From contig MHHP01000015.1 of assembly GCA_001817055.1 (NCBI GenBank), positions 12,020 through 46,242 of the forward strand: 34,223 nucleotides of DNA, written 5' to 3'. Position numbers and translations under genes: made by a program. Positions 17,324-26,825 of the stretch are shown here, in pieces. This DNA comes from Candidatus Andersenbacteria bacterium RIFCSPHIGHO2_02_FULL_45_11. Lineage in GTDB: Bacteria > Patescibacteriota > Andersenbacteria > UBA10190. Every line of letters starts with the position of its first letter. Within the stretch, counting starts at the first letter, position 1. Under the pieces are notes generated by a model, which was given only the letters and a program-made list of their open reading frames with translations, was not told the origin of the DNA and did no database searches.

Positions 17324-18711
17324 TTACTCTACGTGGATTCCGGGTCGGAGCCCGGAATGACAACGAAAACCGCGGGAGTATTTTAATTATGACCGTCATT
17401 ATGGTCATGATGATTGGGATTATGTTCACATCAATTTCTGGTGTTATAAATCTCCAGTATCGCCAAGGAGGATTAGCTGCACAAGATGAAACAGCATTTC
17501 AAATTGCAGAAGCAGGGCTTAATTTTGCTCGTTGGAGGCTTGCGCATAACCCTACAGATTTTAGCGCAGCTGAGCATGAACTTGCCGATCAGTTGCAGGG
17601 GGCGCTTGGTACATATTCATTAACGTTTACTGCCCCTCAAAATGGCAGCACGGTTGTCACTATTACTTCTGTTGGGCACACTGCAAACTCTCCTACACGA
17701 GAAGTTACTCTTACTGCAACGTACGGAATCCCAAGTCTTGCGAAGTACGTCTTTGTTACGAATGAGGACGTTTGGTATGACGAAGAAATTCATGGGCAAG
17801 TACATTCAAACGGCGGAATCCGGATGGATGGTGTGTCTGATGGTGTTATGATGAGCGCAAAAAGTACGTACGTATGCCAAACATCGCATGGGTGTGCAAA
17901 TGAAACGAAGCCCGGTATATGGGGAGATGGGAGTGATAGTGCCCTGTGGCAGTTCCCAGTACCGAGCATTGACTATAGTGGGCTTACGGTAGACCTGTTG
18001 GATATGCAGGCCGCGGCAGTAGCGGCAGGAACCTATTACGGGCCGTCGGGAGCATTGGGGTATCATGTTGTATTTAACACAGATAATACGTATTCCGTAT
18101 TTATAGTGACCGCCACTACTACTGCTATGTCTTCATATGCTCCGGATACGGGGTGGCAAACGGTATCGCACGATATTGCTACGGAAGCATTTCTTACGTC
18201 CGCAGCCGTACCTGATAACGGGGTTATATATGTAGAGGATACATTATGGGTAAACGGCAACATACGCAGCCATGTTACCGTAGCTGCCGGACGGTTTCCG
18301 GATACGCCGAGTACCAATGCTGATATTATTTTGAACGGGAGCATTACATATGACGGTGTGTATGATGGGACGCGTACTTTTGGAGCGATTGCGCAAAAAA
18401 ATATTCTGATTCCGTATTCTGCTGCTCCTGATAATCTTGAGTTGGATGGTGCATACCTTGCACAGCACGGCCGATTTGGAAGGCGATATTATTCTTCGGG
18501 GACATACACGCTGAGAACCTCTATGAATTTGCGTGGGATGATCGCAAGTAACTGGACTCCGGTTACTACGTGGGTTAATGAAAGTGGCACGGTGATAAGC
18601 GGGTATCAGACTGGTGCGAGTACATACGACTCCAATTTATTATATGGGCCGCCTCCATTTTTCCCAACAAGCGGTGAATACCAATTTCTATCGTGGGGCG
18701 AAACACAGTAA
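17320..18711 (+). CDS. PilX-like minor pilin/pilus assembly protein (set 1)
   Basis: RG|SILIM hydrophobic N-terminus without Glu5; AFQIAEAGL; GQVHSNGGI; ATGA overlap with PMT stop supports start 17320. Confidence 0.8.
   Translation: MITLRGFRVGARNDNENRGSILIMTVIMVMMIGIMFTSISGVINLQYRQGGLAAQDETAFQIAEAGLNFARWRLAHNPTDFSAAEHELADQLQGALGTYSLTFTAPQNGSTVVTITSVGHTANSPTREVTLTATYGIPSLAKYVFVTNEDVWYDEEIHGQVHSNGGIRMDGVSDGVMMSAKSTYVCQTSHGCANETKPGIWGDGSDSALWQFPVPSIDYSGLTVDLLDMQAAAVAAGTYYGPSGALGYHVVFNTDNTYSVFIVTATTTAMSSYAPDTGWQTVSHDIATEAFLTSAAVPDNGVIYVEDTLWVNGNIRSHVTVAAGRFPDTPSTNADIILNGSITYDGVYDGTRTFGAIAQKNILIPYSAAPDNLELDGAYLAQHGRFGRRYYSSGTYTLRTSMNLRGMIASNWTPVTTWVNESGTVISGYQTGASTYDSNLLYGPPPFFPTSGEYQFLSWGETQ
17328..17361 (+). 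repeat. REP-like palindrome inside the 5' coding region of the pilX-like gene
   Basis: attccggg-tcggag-cccggaat-gac; 19 bp (17328-17346) identical to 10533-10551. Confidence 0.7.
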
Positions 18712-18720
18712 TATATAGAT

Positions 18721-19752
18721 ATGATAGGCATTGATATATCTGATCAGACTATAAAAATAGTCCAACTCTCTGCCGGAAGGGGTAGGCGCCTGGGGTGCAG
18801 ATACTTACACCTCTTGCCTCCCAAGGTTGTTGTGAATGGAATCGTTGTAGATGCTGCAGCTATGGAGCGCGAAATTGCAAAGGCGCTTGCCTCATGTGGC
18901 GCGATGTACCGGAAAAAAGATCCTGTAGTTGCATCCATTCCGGAGTCCCAATCTTTTTTACGGGTTATTGAGATTCCGAAGATGAATGAAGATGAGATTG
19001 GGGAGGCTGTGCAGTGGGAAATTGCTCAACATATTCCGTTTGGCTTGGAAAATGTATATATAGACTGGCAGCTTCTGGCTGCAAGTGATCATCCTATACA
19101 GCCCAATCATCAAGAGATCCAGGTGGGAGCTGCGCAAAAAAAAGTTGTTGATGCGCTGTACGGTGTTCTGAAGAAGCTGCGCCTTGATGTTGCCGCATTT
19201 GAGCTTGAAAGCCAGGCTATCGTGAGATCCCTTGTTTCTCAAGAGTGGCGTTTGAAGGAAGGGTTATTGATTGTTGATATTGGAAGCAGTGCGACAAACG
19301 TTATCGTATACGAGCATGGTGCAAGTAGATTTACGGCGAGCCTTGCCTGTGGCGTTGCAAGTTTAATATCTTCATTATCGCCTGAAGACACTCATACGGT
19401 GCTTGAGAATCTGCATGCATTGCCGGCTGATATAGTTGAGAAGATGCGAGTAGTTATAATTCCTGGCATTCAGCAACTTGCCACGGATATTAGAGGAATT
19501 GTTGATTTTACTAATACTAGTAATGCCAAGCACGAGGTTACGGAGATTATCCTTACAGGGGGTGGTTCTAATCTTCCGGGACTTGATGATGCGTTTCAAA
19601 AACATTTTGATGATGTGCAAATTCAGCGGGGTAATCCTTGGGTTAACATCTTGACCGGATCAGGCGCTACTCACCCTCCGATGGATTTACAAGAATCGGT
19701 TCGATATACAACCGCATTGGGGTTAGCCCTTCGTGATAGTGTTCCCTTATGA
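18721..19752 (+). CDS. pilM: Type IV pilus assembly protein PilM (copy 1)
   Basis: Actin/FtsA-fold motifs IGIDISD, IVDIGSSAT, ILTGGGSNLPGL, TALGLALR. Confidence 0.88.
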   Translation: MIGIDISDQTIKIVQLSAGRGRRLGCRYLHLLPPKVVVNGIVVDAAAMEREIAKALASCGAMYRKKDPVVASIPESQSFLRVIEIPKMNEDEIGEAVQWEIAQHIPFGLENVYIDWQLLAASDHPIQPNHQEIQVGAAQKKVVDALYGVLKKLRLDVAAFELESQAIVRSLVSQEWRLKEGLLIVDIGSSATNVIVYEHGASRFTASLACGVASLISSLSPEDTHTVLENLHALPADIVEKMRVVIIPGIQQLATDIRGIVDFTNTSNAKHEVTEIILTGGGSNLPGLDDAFQKHFDDVQIQRGNPWVNILTGSGATHPPMDLQESVRYTTALGLALRDSVPL

Positions 19753-20294
19753 AGACAGAGATTAATGTACTTTCGCCAGAAGCAAAAAACGATCGTCAAC
19801 ATACGATAGTTGCTCATCGAATTCGCGCAATTATGGATGCGATTCTTGTTTGCGCAGTTATTGCAGTATGTTCCTATGCTGCAGCATACGGAGCGCTTAG
19901 AACAATGAGAAATTCAGTTCAGCAACATGGATTAACCCAAGAGAGTGAGAGGGCTGAAATACATCAAAAAATACAAGATATTAATGCGATTATTGCTATT
20001 GTCGATGATCGCATTACTCAAGAATATCTTTGGACGCCCCTGATACCAGATATAGTGCGCCTTGCATCGCCGGGTATCGCAATAGTAAAAATTGAATTAA
20101 CCGAAAATCCCCAAACCCTTGTTCTTACAGGAAGAGCTTCTCAGGGGTCTGTGGTAGTACAGTATCAACGATCGCTTGAAAAACTGCCGTGGGTAGACCA
20201 TGTTGTAGCACCCTTACAAAATTTTGCGCTTGTACCCGATGCGGCTGCAGTCTTTACAATATTTCCGAAAGCGAAAGGGGACCCTGCCGTATGA
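19749..20294 (+). CDS. pilN: PilN-like protein (copy 1)
   Basis: N-terminal EINVLSP (INLLP-like), one TM, coiled coil, LVLTGRA; follows pilM. Confidence 0.65.
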   Translation: MKTEINVLSPEAKNDRQHTIVAHRIRAIMDAILVCAVIAVCSYAAAYGALRTMRNSVQQHGLTQESERAEIHQKIQDINAIIAIVDDRITQEYLWTPLIPDIVRLASPGIAIVKIELTENPQTLVLTGRASQGSVVVQYQRSLEKLPWVDHVVAPLQNFALVPDAAAVFTIFPKAKGDPAV

Positions 20295-20863
20295 AATCGC
20301 TAATATATTATAGTATTGTCGGTAGCAGTACGGTGCTTTGTATTGTGGCATCATTTTTCCTGCATATGCAGGTACGTGAGATACGCGATACCTTGGCTCT
20401 TTCTATTCGCGAATTAGAGATAGCTCCAACACAAGAGTCACAAGCGCGTATATTGAAAAAAGAGTTAGAGAGTATTGAGCAAAAACTGCAGCAAGTTTCT
20501 TTGATTACTATCTCACAGGATGAGATTGTGGGTGTGATAGATAAGATATTGCTGGCCGGCAAAGAATCTGGTGTTTCTGTGCAAGTGCCTCAGGTACATG
20601 CGGGTACTGCTAAGCCAGGCGTTTTGCAAGATGTTCGTATACGAATGAATGCGATTGGATCACCTTCGGCTCTTGTTGCGTTTATGTATCGTTTAGAACA
20701 TGTACCATATATAATTAGGGTTGCTTCTTGGAACTTGGATACAACACGTCAGAGTGCACCTGGGTCATTTGCGGCCAATGTGCCCGCAGATACTTCCAAA
20801 TCAAAGCCTCCTTCAGGAAGCCTACTAGCCGTAGAAGCGATTATCTCTATTTTGCAAAAATGA
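20291..20863 (+). CDS. pilO: PilO-like protein (copy 1)
   Basis: TM + coiled coil + GSPSALVAFMYRLEHVPY; ATGA-coupled to pilN. Confidence 0.62.
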   Translation: MKSLIYYSIVGSSTVLCIVASFFLHMQVREIRDTLALSIRELEIAPTQESQARILKKELESIEQKLQQVSLITISQDEIVGVIDKILLAGKESGVSVQVPQVHAGTAKPGVLQDVRIRMNAIGSPSALVAFMYRLEHVPYIIRVASWNLDTTRQSAPGSFAANVPADTSKSKPPSGSLLAVEAIISILQK

Positions 20864-21132
20864 AACACATATCAAATATATTTATCTACCATATACGGTC
20901 TATTGCGATAGGCATTATTTTGATTGGCGCCTTGGTGTCGTTTGGTATTATATATTATGCCTTTTCATTTCCTGCTGTGCCCGTAGCGTCTGTTGGGATT
21001 GCTGGAGAAAATGTATCCGCAGCAGGCGATAGATTTGACCGGGTATTTCTATGGTTTGCAGAAAAGGAAAAAGCGACACAATCTGTACCGGTTATACCAA
21101 ATTCAGCCTTCTTTATACCCAGCGGCTTATGA
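20860..21132 (+). CDS. Small single-pass membrane protein in the PilP position (copy 1)
   Basis: ATGA overlaps at both ends, one TM helix. Confidence 0.55.
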   Translation: MKHISNIFIYHIRSIAIGIILIGALVSFGIIYYAFSFPAVPVASVGIAGENVSAAGDRFDRVFLWFAEKEKATQSVPVIPNSAFFIPSGL

Positions 21133-22682
21133 TTGGTATTGATATCTCTGATCGTTCGGTAAAAATTGCGGAGGTTTCTTCTGCCTCTCGTCCGCAATTT
21201 AAAACTGTATGCTGGTCGCCATTGCCTGCTGGCCTTTTGCGCAGGGGTATTGTTCAAGACGTTCCTACTTTAATAGAACACTTGAAAACCACATGTGGTA
21301 AATGTTCGCCGTTTCCATTATCTCAAGGCCCTATTGTTGCATCTATTCCGGAAACTCGTTCCTTTATTCGCGTGCTCGATGTACCAATATTATCTCAACA
21401 AGAAACTGATGAAGCAGTACAGTGGGCTATTCGCAAAGACCTCCCGTTTGATCTTAAAAGTGTATATGTGGGATGGCAGCCCATTGCATCTTCGTCTAGT
21501 GTAAATATGCGCCAGGTACTTGTGGGGGCTGCTCAGCGAGCAGTCATAGACCCGCTTCTAGCTGCATTGGACGGCGCTGGATTTAGTGTTGTGGCATTAG
21601 AGTTAGAATCACAAGCTATGGTTCGCAGCCTTCTGCCACTTGATTCCGCTTCTATTGAAGGGGTTGTAATTTGTGATTTGGGTGCAAGCACGACTAAGAT
21701 TATATATTTTGATCGGGGTGCGATGCGACTTACGGCAGATGTGCCGAGCGGAGGGGATCGGTTAACGGCAGAGCTGGTTCGGGCATTTTCTATTACTCCT
21801 GAGATTGCCGCAGAGAAAAAGTCTATAATCGGTGTTATTGCCCGTAATGGGGAGGATGGGGCAATTGCTACTACGCTTCGAGGGGCAGTATTGGCATTGG
21901 CGCAAGAAGTGCATAGTACTATTGAATCTGCGTTACCTCAATTACCAGGAGGTGGTAGTGTGCGAGGAATACTTTTATCGGGTGGCGGTGCAAATTTACC
22001 AGGGATCAGAGATATTTTTGGAGAAGTGTTTCCGGGTATTCCGGTGCAGATCGGGAATCCACTCACGAACCTAACGTCACCTGCAATGTCGATCAGTCCT
22101 CAAGATGCTAGTCATTTTGTGACTGCGCTTGGTCTTGCGCTTCGTACGGATGGGTTGAATCTTCTTCCTCCACCTCGACGCCATGCACTTGCGCTCAAGT
22201 CGATGGTAGAGAATACGCATCACTTCCTTTCTAGTATTACGATGGGGCTCGCATTGCTGACGCTTGTGGGGACTCTCAGCCTTGGAATTTTACAAAGTTT
22301 GATTTCTGCAACCCCTCCTGAAAAGTCGGCGCAATTAGATCAGGTGATGTCGCAATATGCTGCTCTTCGTGAATCAGTGAGTTCTCAGAATGTTTTGCTT
22401 TCTGCGATCAGCGGGGTGAGCGATAAACGGCTCTTGTGGAGCGATAAAATACATGAGCTGTTAGGAGTTATTCCGGGAGGTGTGCACATCCAAGCTATTC
22501 GAGCAACGGGGGGCGATGCGCCGTCAATTTCATTCTCTGGGCAAGCTGCAACGCGGAATGCGCTGATTATTTTGGAGCAGCGCCTCAAGAGTATTTCCTG
22601 GGCTACTTCTGTTAAAGCCCCCAACTCCAATTTGATTGATCGTACGAACGCTCCTTATGAGTTTATTATGTTGTTGAAATAG
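21129..22682 (+). CDS. pilM: PilM-PilN fusion protein (copy 2)
   Basis: IGIDISD...LLSGGGANLPG...TALGLALR runs in frame into LNLLPP + TM + coiled coil + ISFSGQA. Confidence 0.82.
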   Translation: MIGIDISDRSVKIAEVSSASRPQFKTVCWSPLPAGLLRRGIVQDVPTLIEHLKTTCGKCSPFPLSQGPIVASIPETRSFIRVLDVPILSQQETDEAVQWAIRKDLPFDLKSVYVGWQPIASSSSVNMRQVLVGAAQRAVIDPLLAALDGAGFSVVALELESQAMVRSLLPLDSASIEGVVICDLGASTTKIIYFDRGAMRLTADVPSGGDRLTAELVRAFSITPEIAAEKKSIIGVIARNGEDGAIATTLRGAVLALAQEVHSTIESALPQLPGGGSVRGILLSGGGANLPGIRDIFGEVFPGIPVQIGNPLTNLTSPAMSISPQDASHFVTALGLALRTDGLNLLPPPRRHALALKSMVENTHHFLSSITMGLALLTLVGTLSLGILQSLISATPPEKSAQLDQVMSQYAALRESVSSQNVLLSAISGVSDKRLLWSDKIHELLGVIPGGVHIQAIRATGGDAPSISFSGQAATRNALIILEQRLKSISWATSVKAPNSNLIDRTNAPYEFIMLLK

Positions 22683-22684
22683 AT

Positions 22685-23218
22685 ATGATTTCACTATTTC
22701 GCATTGTTCTTCTGTTCGCTCTGGCTGCACTTCAGCCCTTCTTGTGGGGGTATGTGAGCGATCGTGCTCAGCAATTACACTTGCTGCAAACTAATGAGGA
22801 GCAATTTGCGTTACTCTCCCAGAAAATGATTGAATCTCAGCAAGCGTTTTCTGATGCGCAGCCTCGATTACTCAAGCTTGGCGATGTATTTCCAGCTTCA
22901 AGCGCTTTATCTCAAGTAGTTGGTCGTATTGAAGCTCTTGCTGATACTAAGCAGTTGGGTATTGAGCTTAAAAGTATTGAAGATACGATTTCCATAGAGG
23001 CTGGGAGTGGCACTATAAGGCCCAAGCGTATCACTGCTGAAGTTACGGGTTCAGTTGAGGCGCTATTCTCGTTTTTAGAAGCCATGGAAAATCAAAATGA
23101 ATTTCTCTCTATCGAATCGTGGGATATTATAGCTGCTGGATTACCCGAGAAAGCGTCGCAGCCAGTGTTTCAAATGACGTTACATACGATATATTATTTC
23201 TATGATGCGCCTATCTAG
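22685..23218 (+). CDS. pilO: PilO-like protein (copy 2)
   Basis: N-terminal hydrophobic segment, coiled coil, GSVEALFSFLEAMEN similar to copy 1. Confidence 0.6.
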   Translation: MISLFRIVLLFALAALQPFLWGYVSDRAQQLHLLQTNEEQFALLSQKMIESQQAFSDAQPRLLKLGDVFPASSALSQVVGRIEALADTKQLGIELKSIEDTISIEAGSGTIRPKRITAEVTGSVEALFSFLEAMENQNEFLSIESWDIIAAGLPEKASQPVFQMTLHTIYYFYDAPI

Positions 23219-23504
23219 TAGTAATGATGGAGTACGTGCAGTAATGGGAACCCTGGGTGGCCCCATTATTCGCCTTATAACCATCGCGGTTTTTCTCGTG
23301 TTCTCGCTATATCTTGGATATCGTCATGCGTACGCACCCTTATTTGATGACGTGCAATTGCCTGCTGCTGCGGCGGCACAGAGTGTTCGTATTGATACGA
23401 AGATTCTGGACGCAATTGATGCCTCTACTGCAGGCAGGCGCAGCCATGTTCCGCATACGTACGATCAATACCGCACACTATTTGCATCTGTTAGTGATGA
23501 ATAG
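23202..23504 (+). CDS. Small single-pass membrane protein in the PilP position (copy 2)
   Basis: One TM, size and position mirror 20860..21132; start uncertain. Confidence 0.5.
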   Translation: MMRLSSSNDGVRAVMGTLGGPIIRLITIAVFLVFSLYLGYRHAYAPLFDDVQLPAAAAAQSVRIDTKILDAIDASTAGRRSHVPHTYDQYRTLFASVSDE

Positions 23505-23913
23505 CTCTTTGCGTGTACTGGTGTTTGGCACATTTGACCCTCTGCATGCAGGGCATCGTGATTTATTCGAGCAGGCAGCGTCGCTTGGAGGCTACCTCGC
23601 GGTTGTAGTGGCGAGAGACACAGCTATTAATTCTCAAAAAGGCAGGTCTCCTGCGGTGCCAGAACACGAACGTCTTGCGGCGGTTGCACACGAAAGCGTA
23701 GTAGATGAGGCAATGCTCGGAGATGCGGACCCGTTTTCATACTCGTTACTTGCCACTTTTGCATTTGATATTCTTGCATTGGGATATGACCAAGCACCTT
23801 CGGATACCGAAGTGAGAAAAATTCTTGAGGCCTTGCATAAATCGCATGTGAAAATAGTTCGCCTTGCGCCACATCGGCCGGATATATATAAGTCATCGCT
23901 CCTGAGGACGTGA
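23497..23913 (+). CDS. HxGH cytidylyl/adenylyltransferase, resembling RibL-type FAD synthase
   Basis: FGTFDPLHAGH, VVVARD, LGYDQ, YKSS; start at ATG 23497. Confidence 0.8.
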   Translation: MNSSLRVLVFGTFDPLHAGHRDLFEQAASLGGYLAVVVARDTAINSQKGRSPAVPEHERLAAVAHESVVDEAMLGDADPFSYSLLATFAFDILALGYDQAPSDTEVRKILEALHKSHVKIVRLAPHRPDIYKSSLLRT

Positions 23914-23926
23914 TATACTTGAATGC

Positions 23927-24874
23927 ATGGTGAATGCCCCTATTTTTCTTCCCGTTGGAGTGTCTATAGGGATTGTAGCGTTTTTGCTGAGCCTGTTGCC
24001 CGCAGTGTTTTTCTTATGGATGTGGTATTTGCGCAATCGGGACCGAAGCTTACCCGCAGCTTCTATTGCGCTGGCGTTTGCCGTGGGTGCAATTATCGTG
24101 TTACCCGCGTTTTGGCTAGAGCGTGGTGCGGATAGTGTATGGAACATAGTATCTCCTCAAACAGCGCATTATTATGCTGGTGCGTCATTGCCCCTGCTCC
24201 GTATTCAAGATATTCTGCTTCCGGCCTTTGCAACATTCCTTATTGTTGCGCTTGTAGAAGAGGGGCTTCGGTATGGTGCGATGCGGATATGGATGAGGCG
24301 GAGCCGTACGATTGACCAAGTATTTGATGGCCTACTAATTGGTGTTGCGATTGGGCTTGGGTTCTCCACGTTTGAAAATACCTTATATTTTAAAGATCTG
24401 CTGCACGGACAAGATTACGATACGTTAGTATTTGTATTCTTTTTGCGATTCTTAATTTCAACACTTGCGCATATTAGCTTCTCGGGGATTATGGGCGTAC
24501 TTATAGCACAAGGCACATTTCATATGTTTCGGTCGCGCTCATATATGATACTAGCATTTTTGGTACCATGGTTTTTACACGGGCTTTTTGATCTACTTTT
24601 GGGCGTAGGCCATGGATTGTATGCTGTACTTGTTCTGATTCCCGCACTATTAACGTTGGTTTCGTGGACGTTTAATCGCCAGCTTTTTATCATTCATAAA
24701 AAAGATGGGAAATTCTTAGCACAAGAAAAAACTCCCGAGTCGCCTATGATGCACGCCCTGGAGAAGGCTTTGAAGGTGGAAAATTCCCCTTGGAATATTC
24801 ATGCTTCGTACTTGAATGAGAACAAGTCGTATCGAGCTATCTTTAATGCGATGGGAAGTAAGCGATATGAATAG
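23927..24874 (+). CDS. prsW: PrsW-family intramembrane glutamic protease
   Basis: VEEGLRY, GLGFSTFENTLY, LAH, LHGLFD in a multi-TM protein. Confidence 0.85.
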   Translation: MVNAPIFLPVGVSIGIVAFLLSLLPAVFFLWMWYLRNRDRSLPAASIALAFAVGAIIVLPAFWLERGADSVWNIVSPQTAHYYAGASLPLLRIQDILLPAFATFLIVALVEEGLRYGAMRIWMRRSRTIDQVFDGLLIGVAIGLGFSTFENTLYFKDLLHGQDYDTLVFVFFLRFLISTLAHISFSGIMGVLIAQGTFHMFRSRSYMILAFLVPWFLHGLFDLLLGVGHGLYAVLVLIPALLTLVSWTFNRQLFIIHKKDGKFLAQEKTPESPMMHALEKALKVENSPWNIHASYLNENKSYRAIFNAMGSKRYE

Positions 24875-25274
24875 GCAGTTTGGAATAGGGTTGTTAGTTG
24901 TAGGGTGTTTGGGGCTTGTGGGTGTGGGAGCGCTTATTGATGCAATCGGCGGCGTAACGGTGCGTACGAATGTTGCGCCAGACACTACGGCGCTTACGGT
25001 ATTTGATCCGCTACTTCCCGGAACATTCGTAAAGCCGACATGGACGGTTGGTAAAGATTCTTCGAATAAAGAAGTGGAGCTTATGCTTACTACAGAAGCA
25101 AAAGACTATTCTCTTGTGCATACGAAATTTATATTCGGAGGTGCTCGTATTCAAGTTCCGTGCGATGTGGCTGCCGGAAGTGCACGGCTGGAACTTGTGG
25201 GGCAGCAAGACCGTGATGTTATTTCGTCTGTTGCAGTTGAAATTCTTCCACCCGGCCCGGATTGCGTACGGTAG
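24867..25274 (+). CDS. Hypothetical membrane-anchored beta-rich protein
   Basis: N-terminal TM/signal, two distal Cys, overlaps prsW stop. Confidence 0.6.
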   Translation: MNRQFGIGLLVVGCLGLVGVGALIDAIGGVTVRTNVAPDTTALTVFDPLLPGTFVKPTWTVGKDSSNKEVELMLTTEAKDYSLVHTKFIFGGARIQVPCDVAAGSARLELVGQQDRDVISSVAVEILPPGPDCVR

Positions 25275-25324
25275 TGTCATTCCGGGCCTGCCTACCGGCC
25301 AGGCAGGCTTGACCCTGAATCCAC
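25275..25324. repeat. REP-like unit with nested CCTGCCT..AGGCAGG palindrome
   Basis: tgtcattccggg-cctgcctaccggccaggcagg-cttgaccctgaatcca parallels 10477-10525. Confidence 0.75.
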
Positions 25325-25337
25325 ATAAGATTTAGGC

Positions 25338-25371
25338 AAAAGAAAAACCCGCTCGGAAACCGAACGGGGTT
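25338..25371 (-). terminator. Intrinsic terminator for the small minus-strand gene
   Basis: cccgctcgg-aaa-ccgaacggg stem with A-run on the left (U-tract on minus strand). Confidence 0.55.
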
Positions 25372-25381
25372 GTGAATTTGA

Positions 25382-25585
25382 TTATGCCGAAGATCTCCGA
25401 AGTCTCGACGTTGTGTTTTGAGTTGGTGATCGCGTACGCGCCGATCTTTCTAGCTTCACATCCACATAACCAGCTGCAGCGCGCTCCATTTCTTGCAACT
25501 GCGTTTTTGTCAAAGTCCCGGCATCGTAGATGTGCAGCGACGTATTATCAAGCACAGGATTAAAAGCACTTGGCTCACCAAACAT
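25382..25585 (-). CDS. Small hypothetical protein (67 aa)
   Basis: Strong SD GGAGGTG upstream, terminator downstream. Confidence 0.55.
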   Translation of the reverse strand: MFGEPSAFNPVLDNTSLHIYDAGTLTKTQLQEMERAAAGYVDVKLERSARTRSPTQNTTSRLRRSSA

Positions 25586-25800
25586 TGTTCACCTCCGTTT
25601 AAAGTGCAATCAGAGCGATCAAGTACTCACCTAAACTAGCCTTCTTTTATGCCGCAGTCAATCTTAGCTCTTTAATATTCATATTCAACCCTTACCTTTG
25701 AAGTAGCAATATAATGCATCTAAAAGCCGAAAGAACGCAATTCTAAGGAAACTCCTTGGAATTTGACCTTGGAATTTGAATGATCCGAAATGACAGCGCC

Positions 25801-25892
25801 ACTAACCTCACCTAGCCTCTCCTTCGTAAGGAGAGGAAACGTTCGCGACTCCCTTCTCTTTACGAAGGAGAAGGGTTGGGGATGAGGTTAGT
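25801..25892. repeat. REP-like doublet, same family as 3952-4092
   Basis: Outer 10-bp IR actaacctca/tgaggttagt; inner hairpins cctctcctt-cgt-aaggagagg and cccttctc..gagaaggg; abuts the stop of the next gene. Confidence 0.75.
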
Positions 25893-26822
25893 TTACAGTC
25901 CCTTAAAATATTCGATAGTTTTCGTAAGCCCTTCTTCTAGTTCAATAGTTGGCTGCCAGTTTAAAAGTTTTTTGGCTAGTGTAATATCTGGTTGGCGTTG
26001 CTTGGGGTCGTCTTGTGGAAGCGGTTTATATTCGAGCGTAGAAGAAGTGCCGGTTAATGAGATAACTTTTTCCGCTAATTCTTTCATAGAAAATTCGTTT
26101 GGATTACCAAGATTTACCGGCCCGATAGATTCTTCTTGGTCCATCATGGTCATCATTCCTCGTACTAAATCGTCAACATAGCAGAATGAACGCGTTTGGC
26201 ATCCCGTACCGTAGATGGTGATAGGCTCGCCTGCAAGTGCTTGTACAATGAAGTTGCTTACAACTCGGCCGTCTTGCGGGTGCATGCGAGGGCCGTAGGT
26301 ATTAAAAATACGAATGATCCGAATATCTACCTTGTGTTCGCGGTGATAATCCATGCAGAGTGTCTCAGCTACTCGTTTGCCTTCGTCGTAACAACTGCGT
26401 GGGCCGATGGTGTTTACGTTGCCCCAATAGCTTTCCGTTTGAGGATGAACGGCAGGGTCGCCGTATACTTCTGATGTTGATGCTTGAAGGATTCGAGCGC
26501 CGCATCGCTTTGCAAGCCCCAGCATGTTAATCATGCCAGTTGTAGATGTCTTCACTGTCTTAATCGGGTTGTACTGGTAATGAATAGGCGATGCTGGGCA
26601 TGCCAAATTATACACTTGGTCAACGTCAACGCCCATAAGAGGGTGAACAATATCATGCTCAAGAAGTGTAAAATTTGGATTATCCAAATGGCGCTCAATA
26701 TTTTTCTTTTGTCCAGTAAAAAAGTTATCGACACAAATAACAGTGTCGCCACGCTCTAAGAGGCGTTCGATTAAATGGCTACCGATAAATCCTGCCCCTC
26801 CAGTTACGAGGATTTTCGCCAT
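25893..26822 (-). CDS. UDP-glucuronic acid decarboxylase (UDP-xylose synthase), extended SDR
   Basis: [59 protein letters not shown]. Confidence 0.92.
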   Translation of the reverse strand: MAKILVTGGAGFIGSHLIERLLERGDTVICVDNFFTGQKKNIERHLDNPNFTLLEHDIVHPLMGVDVDQVYNLACPASPIHYQYNPIKTVKTSTTGMINMLGLAKRCGARILQASTSEVYGDPAVHPQTESYWGNVNTIGPRSCYDEGKRVAETLCMDYHREHKVDIRIIRIFNTYGPRMHPQDGRVVSNFIVQALAGEPITIYGTGCQTRSFCYVDDLVRGMMTMMDQEESIGPVNLGNPNEFSMKELAEKVISLTGTSSTLEYKPLPQDDPKQRQPDITLAKKLLNWQPTIELEEGLTKTIEYFKGL

Positions 26823-26825
26823 GGT

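Noticed and set aside
7571-18711. Diversity-generating retroelement or invertase shufflon acting on pilin tips
   Set aside because: No reverse transcriptase, recombinase, adenine-specific template/variable pair or inverted cassettes were seen.
1789-23913. ADP-heptose/LPS pathway from the GmhB-like and HxGH transferase genes
   Set aside because: They are over 20 kb apart, no gmhA or kinase is seen, and the transferase looks more like RibL-type FAD synthase.
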